A stretch of 44,420 bases of DNA from a virus (IMGVR_UViG_3300028364_000057:1-44420), one strand, 5' to 3'. Positions 18,114-28,529 are shown, counted from the stretch's first letter. A program made the numbers and translations. Notes: generated from the sequence alone by a model not told the origin.

Positions 18114-20159
18114 CTAGCGCTTAATATTCGCCGGTATGTTCTCTGATAAGTGTATATTCTCCCCGTAGGCTAGCAATTCAAACCTAGAATCCAGTTCATC
18201 ACCGGAGAAAACGATTTGTCGCTCGAAGAAGTCCAGGAAGTTGGTCAGATTTACCTCCCGTTTCTTCACTAGGAAGTCGATCGGGTTCCCTCCCAGTGGT
18301 GACTCACCAAGTGGATCAGTACCAATGGACCCAGTAGTACTAGGGACAAACACCGTTGCATCCTCTTCATCAGCTTTAATCAGGAACTCACGGGACTCTA
18401 ACGCACCTTTATATTCGTAGTTGATAGTCTTCTTCACTACGGTTGATCTACTCATGTACGCTTCATGCGCTGTCTCTGAGAAGTTCTTTGACATAAACCG
18501 GGTACCAAAGTTTTCATACCCAAACGCTGCTACCCAAGAGATCGGTACTGAAAGGTCTGAGAATCCCCGTTGGATGTAGTACGTTTCGTTTCCAACAGAA
18601 CTATGCCCACATAACTCATCGTCGATAATAGCTAGGCGTGATACAGGAATGTTGTATGGTGGTTGCCAATACCCGTAGCGTAGATCGTACTCTAGGACCA
18701 GCCCATGCTTAGGAATAGCCACAAACATAGACTCCCGGAAGTACAACGTGTGTACGTTGGTGAGATCATACGATAGGAAGTCGTCCCGGATATCATCTGA
18801 GAGTGTCTTACTCTGTACGTTGGTGATGTTTTCTACTGCGCCGATCGAGTCTACTGCTTTAGCTACACTCACGTAGGCAATATAGTTCTTCATGCGTGCA
18901 ATAGCGCCGGGACCAACAGCTGCTTGTCCTGGTGCTGTCTTTAGTTTTCGTACGATAACAGTCTCACCTTGCTGATCTGCGTTTAGTTCCATTAGCACTT
19001 GGTACCAATCATCGTCACCAGCTGAAATGTATAGCTCGTTCTCATCAGGAACAAACGCATTAGGTGTAGAATCGAACGTCATAAGGAATCCCTCACCTGG
19101 TTTTCGTAGTGGTGTGGTGAACGTGAAGTCTGAGAAGTCTGTATTCTTGCTTAGGTAGGCTCTACGTGACGTATAGGACCCAACTATCACATGACCGTAA
19201 AAAACCTCTAGGAAGTCATTTTTGCTGCCTGAGAGTGCCGCTGGTGCAAACTCCATGACTGATTGAATTACCGTATCGCCAGCAATCACTCCATCATCGA
19301 CCGGAGAACGGGTAATTCCGGTTAGGGTTCCAGTGTTTTCTCCACCTGTGTAGGTGTAGTCGATCCCTCCAATGCGTACAGAACGGTTAGCTTGACTCAC
19401 TAAGAAGCGTCCCTTTGCCCACGTATCGTTGTTTTCCCAGCCAATCAGCACATCTGCGCCAACAGCTTCGGTCATAAGTCGTACCTCAGCATCTACAGTA
19501 ATCACCCCAGCGGTAACTTCCCGGATGATATATACACCGTCGTTACTGGTACTGCCTGATATTTCAATACTGTCTCCAACAGCGAACCCGGCGGTAATAA
19601 ATCCAGCATCTTCATCGGTAATAGTGTCGAGATCAGCGCCGTTGTCATTAAAACCGTAGGTAGTACCACGTAAATACCCTTTCTTGGTGATGGTATCAGC
19701 GGTTACACTAGCCACTTCTGCCAGTCCACCACTCCACATCCTGATCTTGTTGTCCCCATTGACCATAAGCAGCAAGTCCATCAACTCATCCTGACTCCAC
19801 CACGGTACAAACTCAAAGTTCCCGGACTTAAATCCGTTCATTACTCTTACCCACGTATCGTTCCACTTCACCTCTAGCTCACCTTTATCAACTCCACCTC
19901 CCCAGTAGGACCGCATGTTGCGATATACACCCGTGTTAGTTTTCCAGTCGATTGAACCCTCTACTCCATTGTTTATGTTCTGCGCTGCACCAAGTAGCTC
20001 GATCCCTGGACGGATAACTACTTTCTCACCATTCACGATCTTACAGTCACGTGATCCTTGCACCAGAAAATGTCCCTCCAGGTTGGTTATCTCCCGGTTG
20101 TTTACATATCCCCGTGGGTTCAATGCTTCGACGTACTTTCCTGCTTTTTTTCCTGCCAT
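18114..20159 (-). CDS. Tail nozzle / packaged-DNA stabilisation protein (P22 gp10 / T7 gp12-like)
   Basis: 681 aa beta-rich; position after the adaptor-like gene in a podovirus-like module. Confidence 0.6.
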   Translation of the reverse strand: MAGKKAGKYVEALNPRGYVNNREITNLEGHFLVQGSRDCKIVNGEKVVIRPGIELLGAAQNINNGVEGSIDWKTNTGVYRNMRSYWGGGVDKGELEVKWNDTWVRVMNGFKSGNFEFVPWWSQDELMDLLLMVNGDNKIRMWSGGLAEVASVTADTITKKGYLRGTTYGFNDNGADLDTITDEDAGFITAGFAVGDSIEISGSTSNDGVYIIREVTAGVITVDAEVRLMTEAVGADVLIGWENNDTWAKGRFLVSQANRSVRIGGIDYTYTGGENTGTLTGITRSPVDDGVIAGDTVIQSVMEFAPAALSGSKNDFLEVFYGHVIVGSYTSRRAYLSKNTDFSDFTFTTPLRKPGEGFLMTFDSTPNAFVPDENELYISAGDDDWYQVLMELNADQQGETVIVRKLKTAPGQAAVGPGAIARMKNYIAYVSVAKAVDSIGAVENITNVQSKTLSDDIRDDFLSYDLTNVHTLYFRESMFVAIPKHGLVLEYDLRYGYWQPPYNIPVSRLAIIDDELCGHSSVGNETYYIQRGFSDLSVPISWVAAFGYENFGTRFMSKNFSETAHEAYMSRSTVVKKTINYEYKGALESREFLIKADEEDATVFVPSTTGSIGTDPLGESPLGGNPIDFLVKKREVNLTNFLDFFERQIVFSGDELDSRFELLAYGENIHLSENIPANIKR

Positions 20160-20162
20160 ATA

Positions 20163-21353
20163 TTAAAATCTATGATATTGAACGGTCTGCTGCATGGACT
20201 GATCCGGGAACTGCTCGTTGTAGATGTCATACAATCCACGGTTCCACTCACCTCCACTACGTTCCCAGCCTAGTAGCTGGTTCTCAAACCACCGTGCGCT
20301 TTGCGTGATCGCTTCATCCCCTAGCTGCTGGATCAGAATAAGCATCAACTCATAGAGAAAGATGTTTTCGCCGTCGTTCATTAGAATGACGTCGCTATCT
20401 GCGGTTGGTACTTCCTTGTACGTTCCGTCGATCCCTTGGAAGAAAAAGCGGGAGTAGTACACCACTTCATACGGTACTCCCTTACTCATGGTGAGGTTTT
20501 CTAGTCTCACGTTCGCAAGTGCAGCGCCAGTGGTGTAGTTCAATACCACCTGGAACGTATCGATCTCTGCTACCACTGGACTGCCTACAGTCGCCGCATT
20601 GGACCAGTCACCCCGGAAGATGGACCATACGCCGTTTATGAACGCTGTGCGGTCGTGAGGACCAGTTACAGTCGCTTCATAGTAGTTGCTAGCGTCTGAA
20701 CCCCACCTGATTTTGATATCAGTGAGTCGTGATACGTCCGGGAACTTAATGCCACCAAAGACAGAAGCGATTGTCTCTAAGCTAGTGAGGTCAATAACCG
20801 ATGGTGTGACGATCAAAATGGTACCTACTCCCGTAGCACCTGATAGCCCAAACTGGACCGATGCCAGTCCTGATAGATAGTCGAACCGGTTGGTGGTGAG
20901 GTCAGCCACGTCACCTGATCCAGTGATAGTCTGACCGACTGTTAGTGAGTCTAGTGTCGCAATAGTGATATGTGGACTCACATCTTTACTCAACCTGAGT
21001 GTCTTTACCCCGTTTATGACTTCCACGCTGAACGTGTTCTCTTCCTTTTCAATATCAAATTGGTTCGGGAACCTTGCCCGGTTCTCGTCTTCGGTACTTC
21101 GTTGGCTGTATGGTCGTATGTCAATCACTTTGTTATCGCCTTTGAGGTCAATTGGTGCCACGTAGTTGTGAATATGACTGTAGATAGCGTTAGCAATAGG
21201 CGCTGAACGTCTAGTTTCAATTGGCGCAGTTCGTAGCAGCACGTTACTAGCCGCTTCTTTACAGTGTAGGTAGAACCCTCCGATGTTAGCTACTGAGCTA
21301 CCTCGTAGTTTCGGCTGCACCAAGTCTTTAATGTTTGCGATTTGTGTTGACAT
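20163..21353 (-). CDS. Head-tail adaptor-like protein with inserted beta domain
   Basis: Helical termini, central beta-rich insert (IRWGSDASNYY), synteny. Confidence 0.5.
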   Translation of the reverse strand: MSTQIANIKDLVQPKLRGSSVANIGGFYLHCKEAASNVLLRTAPIETRRSAPIANAIYSHIHNYVAPIDLKGDNKVIDIRPYSQRSTEDENRARFPNQFDIEKEENTFSVEVINGVKTLRLSKDVSPHITIATLDSLTVGQTITGSGDVADLTTNRFDYLSGLASVQFGLSGATGVGTILIVTPSVIDLTSLETIASVFGGIKFPDVSRLTDIKIRWGSDASNYYEATVTGPHDRTAFINGVWSIFRGDWSNAATVGSPVVAEIDTFQVVLNYTTGAALANVRLENLTMSKGVPYEVVYYSRFFFQGIDGTYKEVPTADSDVILMNDGENIFLYELMLILIQQLGDEAITQSARWFENQLLGWERSGGEWNRGLYDIYNEQFPDQSMQQTVQYHRF

Positions 21354-21360
21354 AGTATTA

Positions 21361-21981
21361 CTAATTTATATCACTAATAAGCCCGTCAAGTGTCTCAGTT
21401 GTTATTACTTCTTCTGAGTTACACTCTTCTGTTACAACAAACTCGTCACTAATCACTCTTTCCAGCTCTTTGAAGACAGTATCACCGTTAGACGTGGGTA
21501 TAGCCAAAGTGATCTGTGTCTCCCAGCGATACGTCCCAGGTGTGAACCTCTGTTGTAGTAGACGGGTAAAAACAATCATACTTGGTGGTTGAGAGTCACT
21601 ACCGGGTATAACTTCATAGAAAGGTGTGGTGGTGTACGATCCGTTGTACTTCCCCCACACGTTTCCTCTAGCTTGTACTCCTATCTCGTCATTGTTTACT
21701 GCGTTCCAGCCAGTTTCGGTACCACTAACTATCCTTTTGAGTAGGAAGCTCTGCTCTACATCATCCACACATAGGTCTTCCGGGACGTATTCTATAAAAT
21801 CCAAGTACGCTGCATCAGGTGCTGCAATTATCGCCAGTTTTTCTGCTTCTAGTTCAGCTGTTTGAATGCGGTCTGACACATGTGGGATCACCACAAATAT
21901 GATCGCAGCTAGTAAGTACCAATGCCAATTGGTATAGAACTTTCGTTTTTCTTCTTTTAATATCAGCTTTAATTGAGTCAT
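21361..21981 (-). CDS. Single-pass membrane protein
   Basis: TM segment WYLLAAIIFVVI followed by a beta-rich domain; ATG 21981 follows the upstream stop by 1 nt. Confidence 0.6.
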   Translation of the reverse strand: MTQLKLILKEEKRKFYTNWHWYLLAAIIFVVIPHVSDRIQTAELEAEKLAIIAAPDAAYLDFIEYVPEDLCVDDVEQSFLLKRIVSGTETGWNAVNNDEIGVQARGNVWGKYNGSYTTTPFYEVIPGSDSQPPSMIVFTRLLQQRFTPGTYRWETQITLAIPTSNGDTVFKELERVISDEFVVTEECNSEEVITTETLDGLISDIN

Positions 21982-21982
21982 G

Positions 21983-22321
21983 CTATTTTTTGTTATCATT
22001 ATTGGGTAATTTTGCATAGCCACTGATAATCTTTATGAAGAAGTCACGCTCGCCAATCAGTGATCCAAAAGAGAACACTCCGCCTAGTGATAGCCATATA
22101 CTCGGTTCGGTTCCTCCGTAGAATTGAGCGCTTACTACTGCTGCCATGAACACTACAAAGGTGATAAGCAGCGTTGCTATCTTTACTATCTCCCCCCACT
22201 GGACCTCGATAGTCCGGGTATCAACAAATATCCTGCTTAGTACCAAACGATCAAAGAATACACCTAGTACAAAGACTATAGAGTGTGTCATAAGGTTAAT
22301 GATGATGTCTGGTAGTAACAT
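21983..22321 (-). CDS. Three-TM membrane protein (holin-like)
   Basis: 112 aa with three hydrophobic segments. Confidence 0.55.
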   Translation of the reverse strand: MLLPDIIINLMTHSIVFVLGVFFDRLVLSRIFVDTRTIEVQWGEIVKIATLLITFVVFMAAVVSAQFYGGTEPSIWLSLGGVFSFGSLIGERDFFIKIISGYAKLPNNDNKK

Positions 22322-22324
22322 AGG

Positions 22325-24142
22325 CTAGTTTATATTTATTATTCTACGATCTGAACCCCCACCGTTGTCTTCTTCTGCACCTACTGTGATGAATGTTGAG
22401 ACTGAGGATTGGTTGTTGTATTCTGTAGTAATCCAGTCAGCACCCAAGTTACTTGCCCTCATTCTCCATCCATCAAGTTTCCCGTTAAAGTCAAAGCCTG
22501 ATGTGCCATCTTTGGCTTGACCAATCCGTTGACCACCAGAAACGTCCCCGTCGTGCATTGAGCCTGTTGTTGAAACAACTGCACCATCAATATAAATCAA
22601 CCCGTTATTTGAAACAGCTGAGTCACGCATAACTGTAATTGCATGAAAATCTCCGTCATCAAGGTTTGGGTTACTAGTGACGTGCATTGCATTACTCCCT
22701 CCAGTCGATTCACGAGTAAAGACTCTAATGTTACCGTCTTGACTAGATGCACCCCTGTTTGCTTCAATAAACATACGGGGTGCAGAACCAGTTTGGTTGT
22801 CTAACAGCATCATGTTTCCGCTTTCTGTCCAAGACGCCCATTGTTGTATAGTAATTATTCCACTACCGTTCCACCAGCTTGCACCTCCACCCTCAATATA
22901 GTCACCAGAACCGTCAAAAGTTTGCCCGTTTCCAATTTGTCCAGCTGAAGCTGTCGGTAAAGAACCCGTGTAAGTACCATCTGAGTTTCCTGTACTGTCT
23001 GTTGCCGTAGTACCCGAAGACTCATTAAAGTGCAGTACACCTAAATAATCACTCCAAACAGCATTGCGCCCATACGTAGCCGTCACAGCGTAACAAGAAG
23101 CCCCAGCATTACCGTAGTAAATATAAAACGTAGTGTCAGTACTCCCACTGATACTGTCTGCCATGAAGTGTAGCTCTCCTGAGTCAGTCCCAGCGTCGTA
23201 ACTAACCAGCTCAAAAGCAGTTTCAGTAGTCTCGTCACTCTCCACTACTCGAATATCACAGCCGTCACTCTTTACGTTTGTATGAAAGCCAGCAGGTAAT
23301 TCACCCAAATCTACGTATACAGGGAAACTTGTTTGGGTACTTGGTACTTTGGTAGCGTCGATAGTGATAGCTACTCGTTTAGTCCAGTCAGTATCAAACC
23401 ACGGGTCAAGGTGTCCATACGCACCCTCAGAACCGATAGCTTCTAGGAAGAAGTTACCGTCGTCACCAGCCGGATAGACAATGTTTAGCTTGTAGTACAG
23501 CACCTCACGATCCTTGATACTAAACTCCGAACTCTTTTTCTCTGCAATATAGCCATCTACACTCTTCCGAACCTTGTCACTCTTTGCCAGTTTTACTAAA
23601 TCCTTTGAAACTTCAAATAGATCGTTCTGTTGTGATGGTAACTCTACCCACTTATTCACCATCTGAGTTGTCTCTTTTTTAGTGATTTTCTCTGAGCATT
23701 TTAGATCCTCAGCTGTTGATGAAGCAGTGTCCCCTTTAAGTTTCACCTGTTTGATTTCAGACTCAACACAAACAGTCTCATACTCAGCCGGGACAATCTC
23801 TTCCACTTCAACAAGTACTTTAATATCTTTTATGTAGCGTCGCTCATTTACAAAGTAGCCAGCCAGCTCAATGTCTTGCTCAACACCACTCATGTTAGCT
23901 ACTGCAACGTATACCGTCGCATTGGTTAGCCCGTCATTGTACCGTTTCTGGTCAGTGTAGATGATTAAGTCTTCCTTTTCGTTGTTATCAGTCCAGGTGA
24001 ACTCAATGGTCTGACCATCGACTGTGATTGGATCCGGCACTCCTGCCTTATCGACTCCACCAATAAACAACGAGAAAGTAGCCACCACTCCGATTGTTGT
24101 GGCTACTGCGGCTCCTAGCTTTGTTCGTTGTTTGTTTTTCAT
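22325..24142 (-). CDS. DUF2341 + LamG/ConA-like protein with N-terminal membrane anchor
   Basis: PWFDTDWTKRVAITID..FPVYVDL..DGCDIRV..FYIYYGN; LamG pattern (IYIDG, RIGQ, FNGKLD, WITTEYNNQ); basic then hydrophobic N-terminus. Confidence 0.75.
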   Translation of the reverse strand: MKNKQRTKLGAAVATTIGVVATFSLFIGGVDKAGVPDPITVDGQTIEFTWTDNNEKEDLIIYTDQKRYNDGLTNATVYVAVANMSGVEQDIELAGYFVNERRYIKDIKVLVEVEEIVPAEYETVCVESEIKQVKLKGDTASSTAEDLKCSEKITKKETTQMVNKWVELPSQQNDLFEVSKDLVKLAKSDKVRKSVDGYIAEKKSSEFSIKDREVLYYKLNIVYPAGDDGNFFLEAIGSEGAYGHLDPWFDTDWTKRVAITIDATKVPSTQTSFPVYVDLGELPAGFHTNVKSDGCDIRVVESDETTETAFELVSYDAGTDSGELHFMADSISGSTDTTFYIYYGNAGASCYAVTATYGRNAVWSDYLGVLHFNESSGTTATDSTGNSDGTYTGSLPTASAGQIGNGQTFDGSGDYIEGGGASWWNGSGIITIQQWASWTESGNMMLLDNQTGSAPRMFIEANRGASSQDGNIRVFTRESTGGSNAMHVTSNPNLDDGDFHAITVMRDSAVSNNGLIYIDGAVVSTTGSMHDGDVSGGQRIGQAKDGTSGFDFNGKLDGWRMRASNLGADWITTEYNNQSSVSTFITVGAEEDNGGGSDRRIININ

Positions 24143-24143
24143 A

Positions 24144-25403
24144 TTAGTCGGCGATTGTGTACGTTACTGATACTCGGACCCAGGTAGGATCACCAGATAC
24201 ACTTGTAATGGCTAAATCTACACTCTCGTTGTCGGAAATGGTGCTATCTCCGGCAAAGCTCGTATCATCCACGCCTGAGCTAGTACAGGCGATGTCAGTG
24301 CCATTCACGTCCGCTGGTGTACCGTCGTCTACTTGTAGGTCTAGGTTGACTGTCTGATCGCTTTCACATGATATCTCAACAATAGTGAGGTTTTTCCCAA
24401 AGTCATTCTCAAAGATACTTTTGAAATCGTCGTCTGCGGTTGGTGACTCGAACCATAAGCTGAACGTATCAGTGTATAGCTCTGCATCTGCTACTACCGA
24501 GTCTCCCGATAGTGTTAAGGACCGTCCAGCGGTTAGGTTGGTATCACTTGATACATCAACCGTGGTTAGGTAACTACCTAAATCGCTGATCTGCGACTCT
24601 GTTATTGATAGCAAGCCTTGGTTAATACCCACTGTATCACCGGATAAAGTAATAGGTGAAGAGACTGCCAAATTGGTATCACTTGATACATCAACCGTGG
24701 TTAGGTACCCAGCGCTTGCGTGGTTACCCCACCCATACGCTGTATTCCAGTTACTGCTAGCGTCTGTGATCGTTGAATAGGTGCTTGCACCAGTACGCCG
24801 CAGCAAACCGTTGGTAGAGAACACACCATCTAGTTCTGAACCAGCAACACTATCGTTTGGTGAAGTAATAAACCCACTGTTGTTAGTGAAGATGCTGATA
24901 TTCTGACCAGTCAAAGCACTAATTGCTCGACTGTTGGTGAAATAGAGGTTGGATCCCTCACTAAGATCATCTGTGTCGTTGTCGCTTAGATCATCGTCGT
25001 TTAGCGCACCGTCGTTATTGGTAAACACATCTGTTACATCAGTCAACACTCCCTCTAGCTCTGCTTCTGTGTCGATATCAGCTTCATTGAGATCACCACC
25101 TCCGCTACCTCCGCCACCAAAGTCAGCCCAGGACCCTCCTGAGTTCTTAAACTGCATATCACCACCGTTGTCACGGAAGCCATACCCGGAACCACCGGAG
25201 ATACTCCCAAAGTTTAGGTATTTGTTACTCCCGTTGATAAGGATATCTCGACCCTCAGCCCAAGTAGTTTCTAGGTAGGACCCTAAACGCTCGACCCATA
25301 CTTCACTAGTACGAGCAGCATTTGTATCTGGTGCCACTATAGCCATCCCTAACAGTAGGCAGAAGACTGCGAGGATATACCGAGGATCAAAGAATGTGAA
25401 CAT
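24144..25403 (-). CDS. Fibre-like protein with signal peptide
   Basis: Signal-like N-terminus; fibre motifs DTDDLSEGSNLYFT, NWNTAYGWGNHASAGYLT, ITESQISDL. Confidence 0.6.
   Translation of the reverse strand: MFTFFDPRYILAVFCLLLGMAIVAPDTNAARTSEVWVERLGSYLETTWAEGRDILINGSNKYLNFGSISGGSGYGFRDNGGDMQFKNSGGSWADFGGGGSGGGDLNEADIDTEAELEGVLTDVTDVFTNNDGALNDDDLSDNDTDDLSEGSNLYFTNSRAISALTGQNISIFTNNSGFITSPNDSVAGSELDGVFSTNGLLRRTGASTYSTITDASSNWNTAYGWGNHASAGYLTTVDVSSDTNLAVSSPITLSGDTVGINQGLLSITESQISDLGSYLTTVDVSSDTNLTAGRSLTLSGDSVVADAELYTDTFSLWFESPTADDDFKSIFENDFGKNLTIVEISCESDQTVNLDLQVDDGTPADVNGTDIACTSSGVDDTSFAGDSTISDNESVDLAITSVSGDPTWVRVSVTYTIAD
24538..24707. repeat. Perfect 35-bp intragenic direct repeat (24538-24572, 24673-24707)
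   Basis: TTGGTATCACTTGATACATCAACCGTGGTTAGGTA twice; encodes YLTTVDVSSDTN. Confidence 0.95.
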
Positions 25404-25405
25404 AG

Positions 25406-26332
25406 TTATTCTGGGTTAAATGCGGTATACGGGATGCCAGCTTCCTTGAATTGCTTCTCGATATACGCTTCTTGTTGGATAAGGTGCTTTTTGTACTTAG
25501 CTTGTGCGATCTTCTGTTCTTTAGTTTCTTCTAGCGACTTCTTAGCTTTCTTCTCGTCCTCAGTAGCCGCTTCAATTGCTTTCACTATTGCTACACGCTC
25601 AGTGTCGAGTTCTTTCACTTCTTTTTGTAGTGTGTCCCGGTTAGTTTTCAGCTTTGCTTCGGTTGCTTTACCCGACTTCACTCGATCCTCAACCTCAGCC
25701 AGTTCAGTCTCTGCAGTTTCCTTGGCTTCTTTAGCTGCTGCAATCTCCCCTTGGAGAGTCACATCCTGACGTTCTAGCTTTTTAGCTTCGTCTGTGAGTG
25801 CCTGGATCGTAGTTTTAAGCTCGTCTTCCTCCGTTTCAAGCTCTACAACACGCTTCTCAATGTCAGATACACCACCTTTCAGCGCTTTTACTTCATCTTT
25901 AGCTTTTTCCACTAGTGCCTTGGCTTCTTTTTTAGCTTCATCAAGTAGCGTCTTCTTAGTCTCCTGCATGGTTTCGATCTCTTCTGAGAGGTCTGCATAC
26001 TCTTCTGACTGCTTCACTACCTCGTCAGTCTTCTCCTTAGCGTCGTCAATGGCTTTCTTAGCGACTTTCTCCGCTTGTTTGACCTTGGACTCCATCTTCT
26101 CTAGTTCTGTGCTTAGAGTGACCTTTCTAGCTTCCTCAGCCTTGGTATCAGCCTTGACTGTGGCTAGTTCCTGCTTAGCACTAGTGATTGAGTTCATTAT
26201 CCCGTCCAATTGCTCGTTAGCAACCTCCTGATCGGCTTTAATGCCACGAAGTACCCGGCTTTCCCGGATTTCTGCTTCCTCAGTTGATCGTGGGTTCTTT
26301 GCTACGGTTGGTTTTGTTTCTTTTTCAGCCAT
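25406..26332 (-). CDS. Long coiled-coil protein
   Basis: 308 aa, E/K/A-rich heptads throughout. Confidence 0.7.
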   Translation of the reverse strand: MAEKETKPTVAKNPRSTEEAEIRESRVLRGIKADQEVANEQLDGIMNSITSAKQELATVKADTKAEEARKVTLSTELEKMESKVKQAEKVAKKAIDDAKEKTDEVVKQSEEYADLSEEIETMQETKKTLLDEAKKEAKALVEKAKDEVKALKGGVSDIEKRVVELETEEDELKTTIQALTDEAKKLERQDVTLQGEIAAAKEAKETAETELAEVEDRVKSGKATEAKLKTNRDTLQKEVKELDTERVAIVKAIEAATEDEKKAKKSLEETKEQKIAQAKYKKHLIQQEAYIEKQFKEAGIPYTAFNPE

Positions 26333-26333
26333 A

Positions 26334-26720
26334 CTAGTTGTCGTTAGCTGATAAGAGTGCAGTCACATTCCCGGCTACCCGTGCAGTCACGATAACAGTC
26401 ACCCATCGTAGGTGGTTGGTATTTACTTCAAAGATGCGTTGATCGTCGGTACCAGCTAGTGCTAATCCCACATCCCCGTCAATTGAACTAGCATCTTCTA
26501 GGTCTTTGATCTGAATATAGTCCCAAGCGTTAGTAGGTGATGCGGCTGCATCAAAGTCTGGTGCTTCCTGTTGGATAGAACCAGCTACTTTCACGGTTAG
26601 GTTAGCTGAACCGGCTGTGTGTATCGCTAGGACCAAGTTACGTAGGTCTGCGACGTTTACCACTTGCCCGGCACCTGTTGCTGCTACTGCATCCAGGATT
26701 TTCTTAGTATCTAATGTCAT
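26334..26720 (-). CDS. Small beta-sandwich virion protein
   Basis: 128 aa beta-rich, directly after the capsid gene. Confidence 0.5.
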   Translation of the reverse strand: MTLDTKKILDAVAATGAGQVVNVADLRNLVLAIHTAGSANLTVKVAGSIQQEAPDFDAAASPTNAWDYIQIKDLEDASSIDGDVGLALAGTDDQRIFEVNTNHLRWVTVIVTARVAGNVTALLSANDN

Positions 26721-26735
26721 AGGCGTTGTTAAACT

Positions 26736-26815
26736 TACTTGATAAAGCCCGTTTGTGAGCTATGCAAGAGAGGAACCCACGCTCCCTCCCTTGCACAACC
26801 CACAATGAGTTGTGC
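26736..26815 (-). terminator. Hairpin cluster after the major capsid gene (stabiliser or weak terminator)
   Basis: GCACAACUCA/UGGGUUGUGC, UGCAAGGGAGGGAGC/GUUCCUCUCUUGCA and AGCUC/GGGCU; G-U pairs favour the minus strand. Confidence 0.6.
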
Positions 26816-26824
26816 CAATACTGA

Positions 26825-27844
26825 CTAGGTATCGAATGATCCGATGATCCCACGTGGTGAGACTGCTCGGTAGGCGTATCCGGCACGTACACCGAATGTC
26901 CATACGTCTGCAGAATAATCGTGGTTTGCACCAGTCTCGTTGGTTGGTGCTTCCTTGAATCGTGGTGCTTCCCACATTCCAAGGTACGCTTGCCATCCCA
27001 TTTGACCTTGACCAATAGATGCTAGGAACCAGTACTTCTCTTTTCCAGAGTCCCGGTTACCGTTAGCGTCAGTTGCTAGGTACGGCAGCTCGATGTGAGT
27101 GTACTTCCCTTTGTACATGTTCATCACATTAGAGTTGTCCTGCCCTACTTCTGCGCCTGAACCAAGCAATTGCCGCACAATGTTGCAAGTGTTTGGATCG
27201 TCAGACGTGATAATAGCGTTGAATCGCATTACCCGGCGTTCTCCGAAGTGAGAGAGAATACTTGTCTTGGTCAGCTTTTCAGCTGCTTCAAGTCCTGCTT
27301 TACCAATAACAGGATCACTAGCCACACGGTTGGAGAAAGTGAGAGAGCTAAACTTCAATGTGTGTGCTGCGTTGATAAGTGATAGTCCATCACCTACTGC
27401 AACGTCTACTGAGTCACCATCCATATCGACGTATGAAGTGGCACCTGAGAAGCCAAGTACATGGCTACCATCAAGTTCCATACGTTGAGGACAGAAGTGA
27501 ACTAGGCTAGTAATAAGGGTACCGACTTCAGAATAACGGTTTTCATCCCGCATTTCCTGAGTAATGTCGATTTCCATAGCGACACGCTTTTTAATCATGT
27601 CTACTGAGTAGCCAACACCTACGCTAGCTTTCTTTGACTTCTCAGCTTCTCGCTTGCCACGGGCAAACGTCTGAGTGTCGATTTCAGTGTATCGCTTGGA
27701 TTTTCCTTGTCCTTTTCCAATCGGTTCCATGATGAACAGCTGATTGACCGTAGGCGCAACTTTCTCTGAGTGAGTTACGAACTGTCGGCGAATCAGATCA
27801 GTCATTTCCGGAAGCGAAATGGTATTGAGCAAATTAGTTTCCAT
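26825..27844 (-). CDS. Major capsid protein (HK97 fold, Mu gpT-like)
   Basis: 339 aa; DGLSLINAAH, YWFL, and C-terminal FGVRAGYAYRAVSPRGIIGS; position downstream of scaffold and decoration genes. Confidence 0.8.
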   Translation of the reverse strand: METNLLNTISLPEMTDLIRRQFVTHSEKVAPTVNQLFIMEPIGKGQGKSKRYTEIDTQTFARGKREAEKSKKASVGVGYSVDMIKKRVAMEIDITQEMRDENRYSEVGTLITSLVHFCPQRMELDGSHVLGFSGATSYVDMDGDSVDVAVGDGLSLINAAHTLKFSSLTFSNRVASDPVIGKAGLEAAEKLTKTSILSHFGERRVMRFNAIITSDDPNTCNIVRQLLGSGAEVGQDNSNVMNMYKGKYTHIELPYLATDANGNRDSGKEKYWFLASIGQGQMGWQAYLGMWEAPRFKEAPTNETGANHDYSADVWTFGVRAGYAYRAVSPRGIIGSFDT

Positions 27845-27881
27845 AGAGGATATCGCTTAATTGAATAATAACTAGTCGAGA

Positions 27882-28310
27882 CTAGGTGGTTGCTACGTTG
27901 ACACTACCTGCAAGTGCGTTGACAACTACTACAGCTTTACCAGTTGAGATAAAGTCTACAATCGTTACTACGTCCTTAGCAGAAGCATCAGGGTCTACTC
28001 CAGCGCCGTTTGCTACGAGGTCACAAGTGTTTCCTACATCAGCAGCCGCTAGATCATCGTTTGGCACATCTACTTCGAGTCGAGTCTGACCGTCAATAAC
28101 ATCAACAGGCACACGTGTCTCTTCAGCATAGTCAGCATCAGTTGCAAGGACATCTCGCAAGATAATACCGAGGTGGTTACCGGAAGTAGCGTCAGCCGGG
28201 ATGATTTCACCAGTACCATTGGCGTATACCAGTCCACCATTGGTGAACACAGTAGAAGCAGCCTTTTTGAAGTACTCGATGTTTGGTCGTCCGTTTTGTC
28301 GTTTGAACAT
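27882..28310 (-). CDS. Capsid decoration/cement protein
   Basis: 142 aa A/D/V-rich beta protein immediately upstream of the capsid gene. Confidence 0.6.
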   Translation of the reverse strand: MFKRQNGRPNIEYFKKAASTVFTNGGLVYANGTGEIIPADATSGNHLGIILRDVLATDADYAEETRVPVDVIDGQTRLEVDVPNDDLAAADVGNTCDLVANGAGVDPDASAKDVVTIVDFISTGKAVVVVNALAGSVNVATT

Positions 28311-28529
28311 AAAATTGAAACTACAGTGAATAATGAATCTTGAACTAAAAAAAACACTACCAACAATGGTGTGTCCTACGGTCGTTTTCTTGCGTGGTGA
28401 CCAACCCAGATAAGTTCAGGAACCGTTTTGCGTGATCGGTAACAGTGAATTGTGTGTGCCTGTCAGATCGTGAGTGTTGGAACACCGAGTAAACTCAGTG
28501 TCCCTCACTCGCTCTCTGCACAAGGTACT
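28311..28529 (-). ncRNA. Structured ~220-nt capsid-operon leader or sRNA
   Basis: Long hairpin GGGACACUGAG/CUCGGUGUUCC, two CACGCAA-loop hairpins and an internal terminator. Confidence 0.55.
28347..28376 (-). terminator. Intrinsic terminator within the leader (attenuator-like)
   Basis: GGACAC-ACCA-UUGU-UGGU-A-GUG followed by 8 U. Confidence 0.6.

Noticed and set aside
26704-27015. T7 10B-like capsid frameshift extension
   Set aside because: No slippery sequence near the capsid stop, and the region is occupied by RNA hairpins
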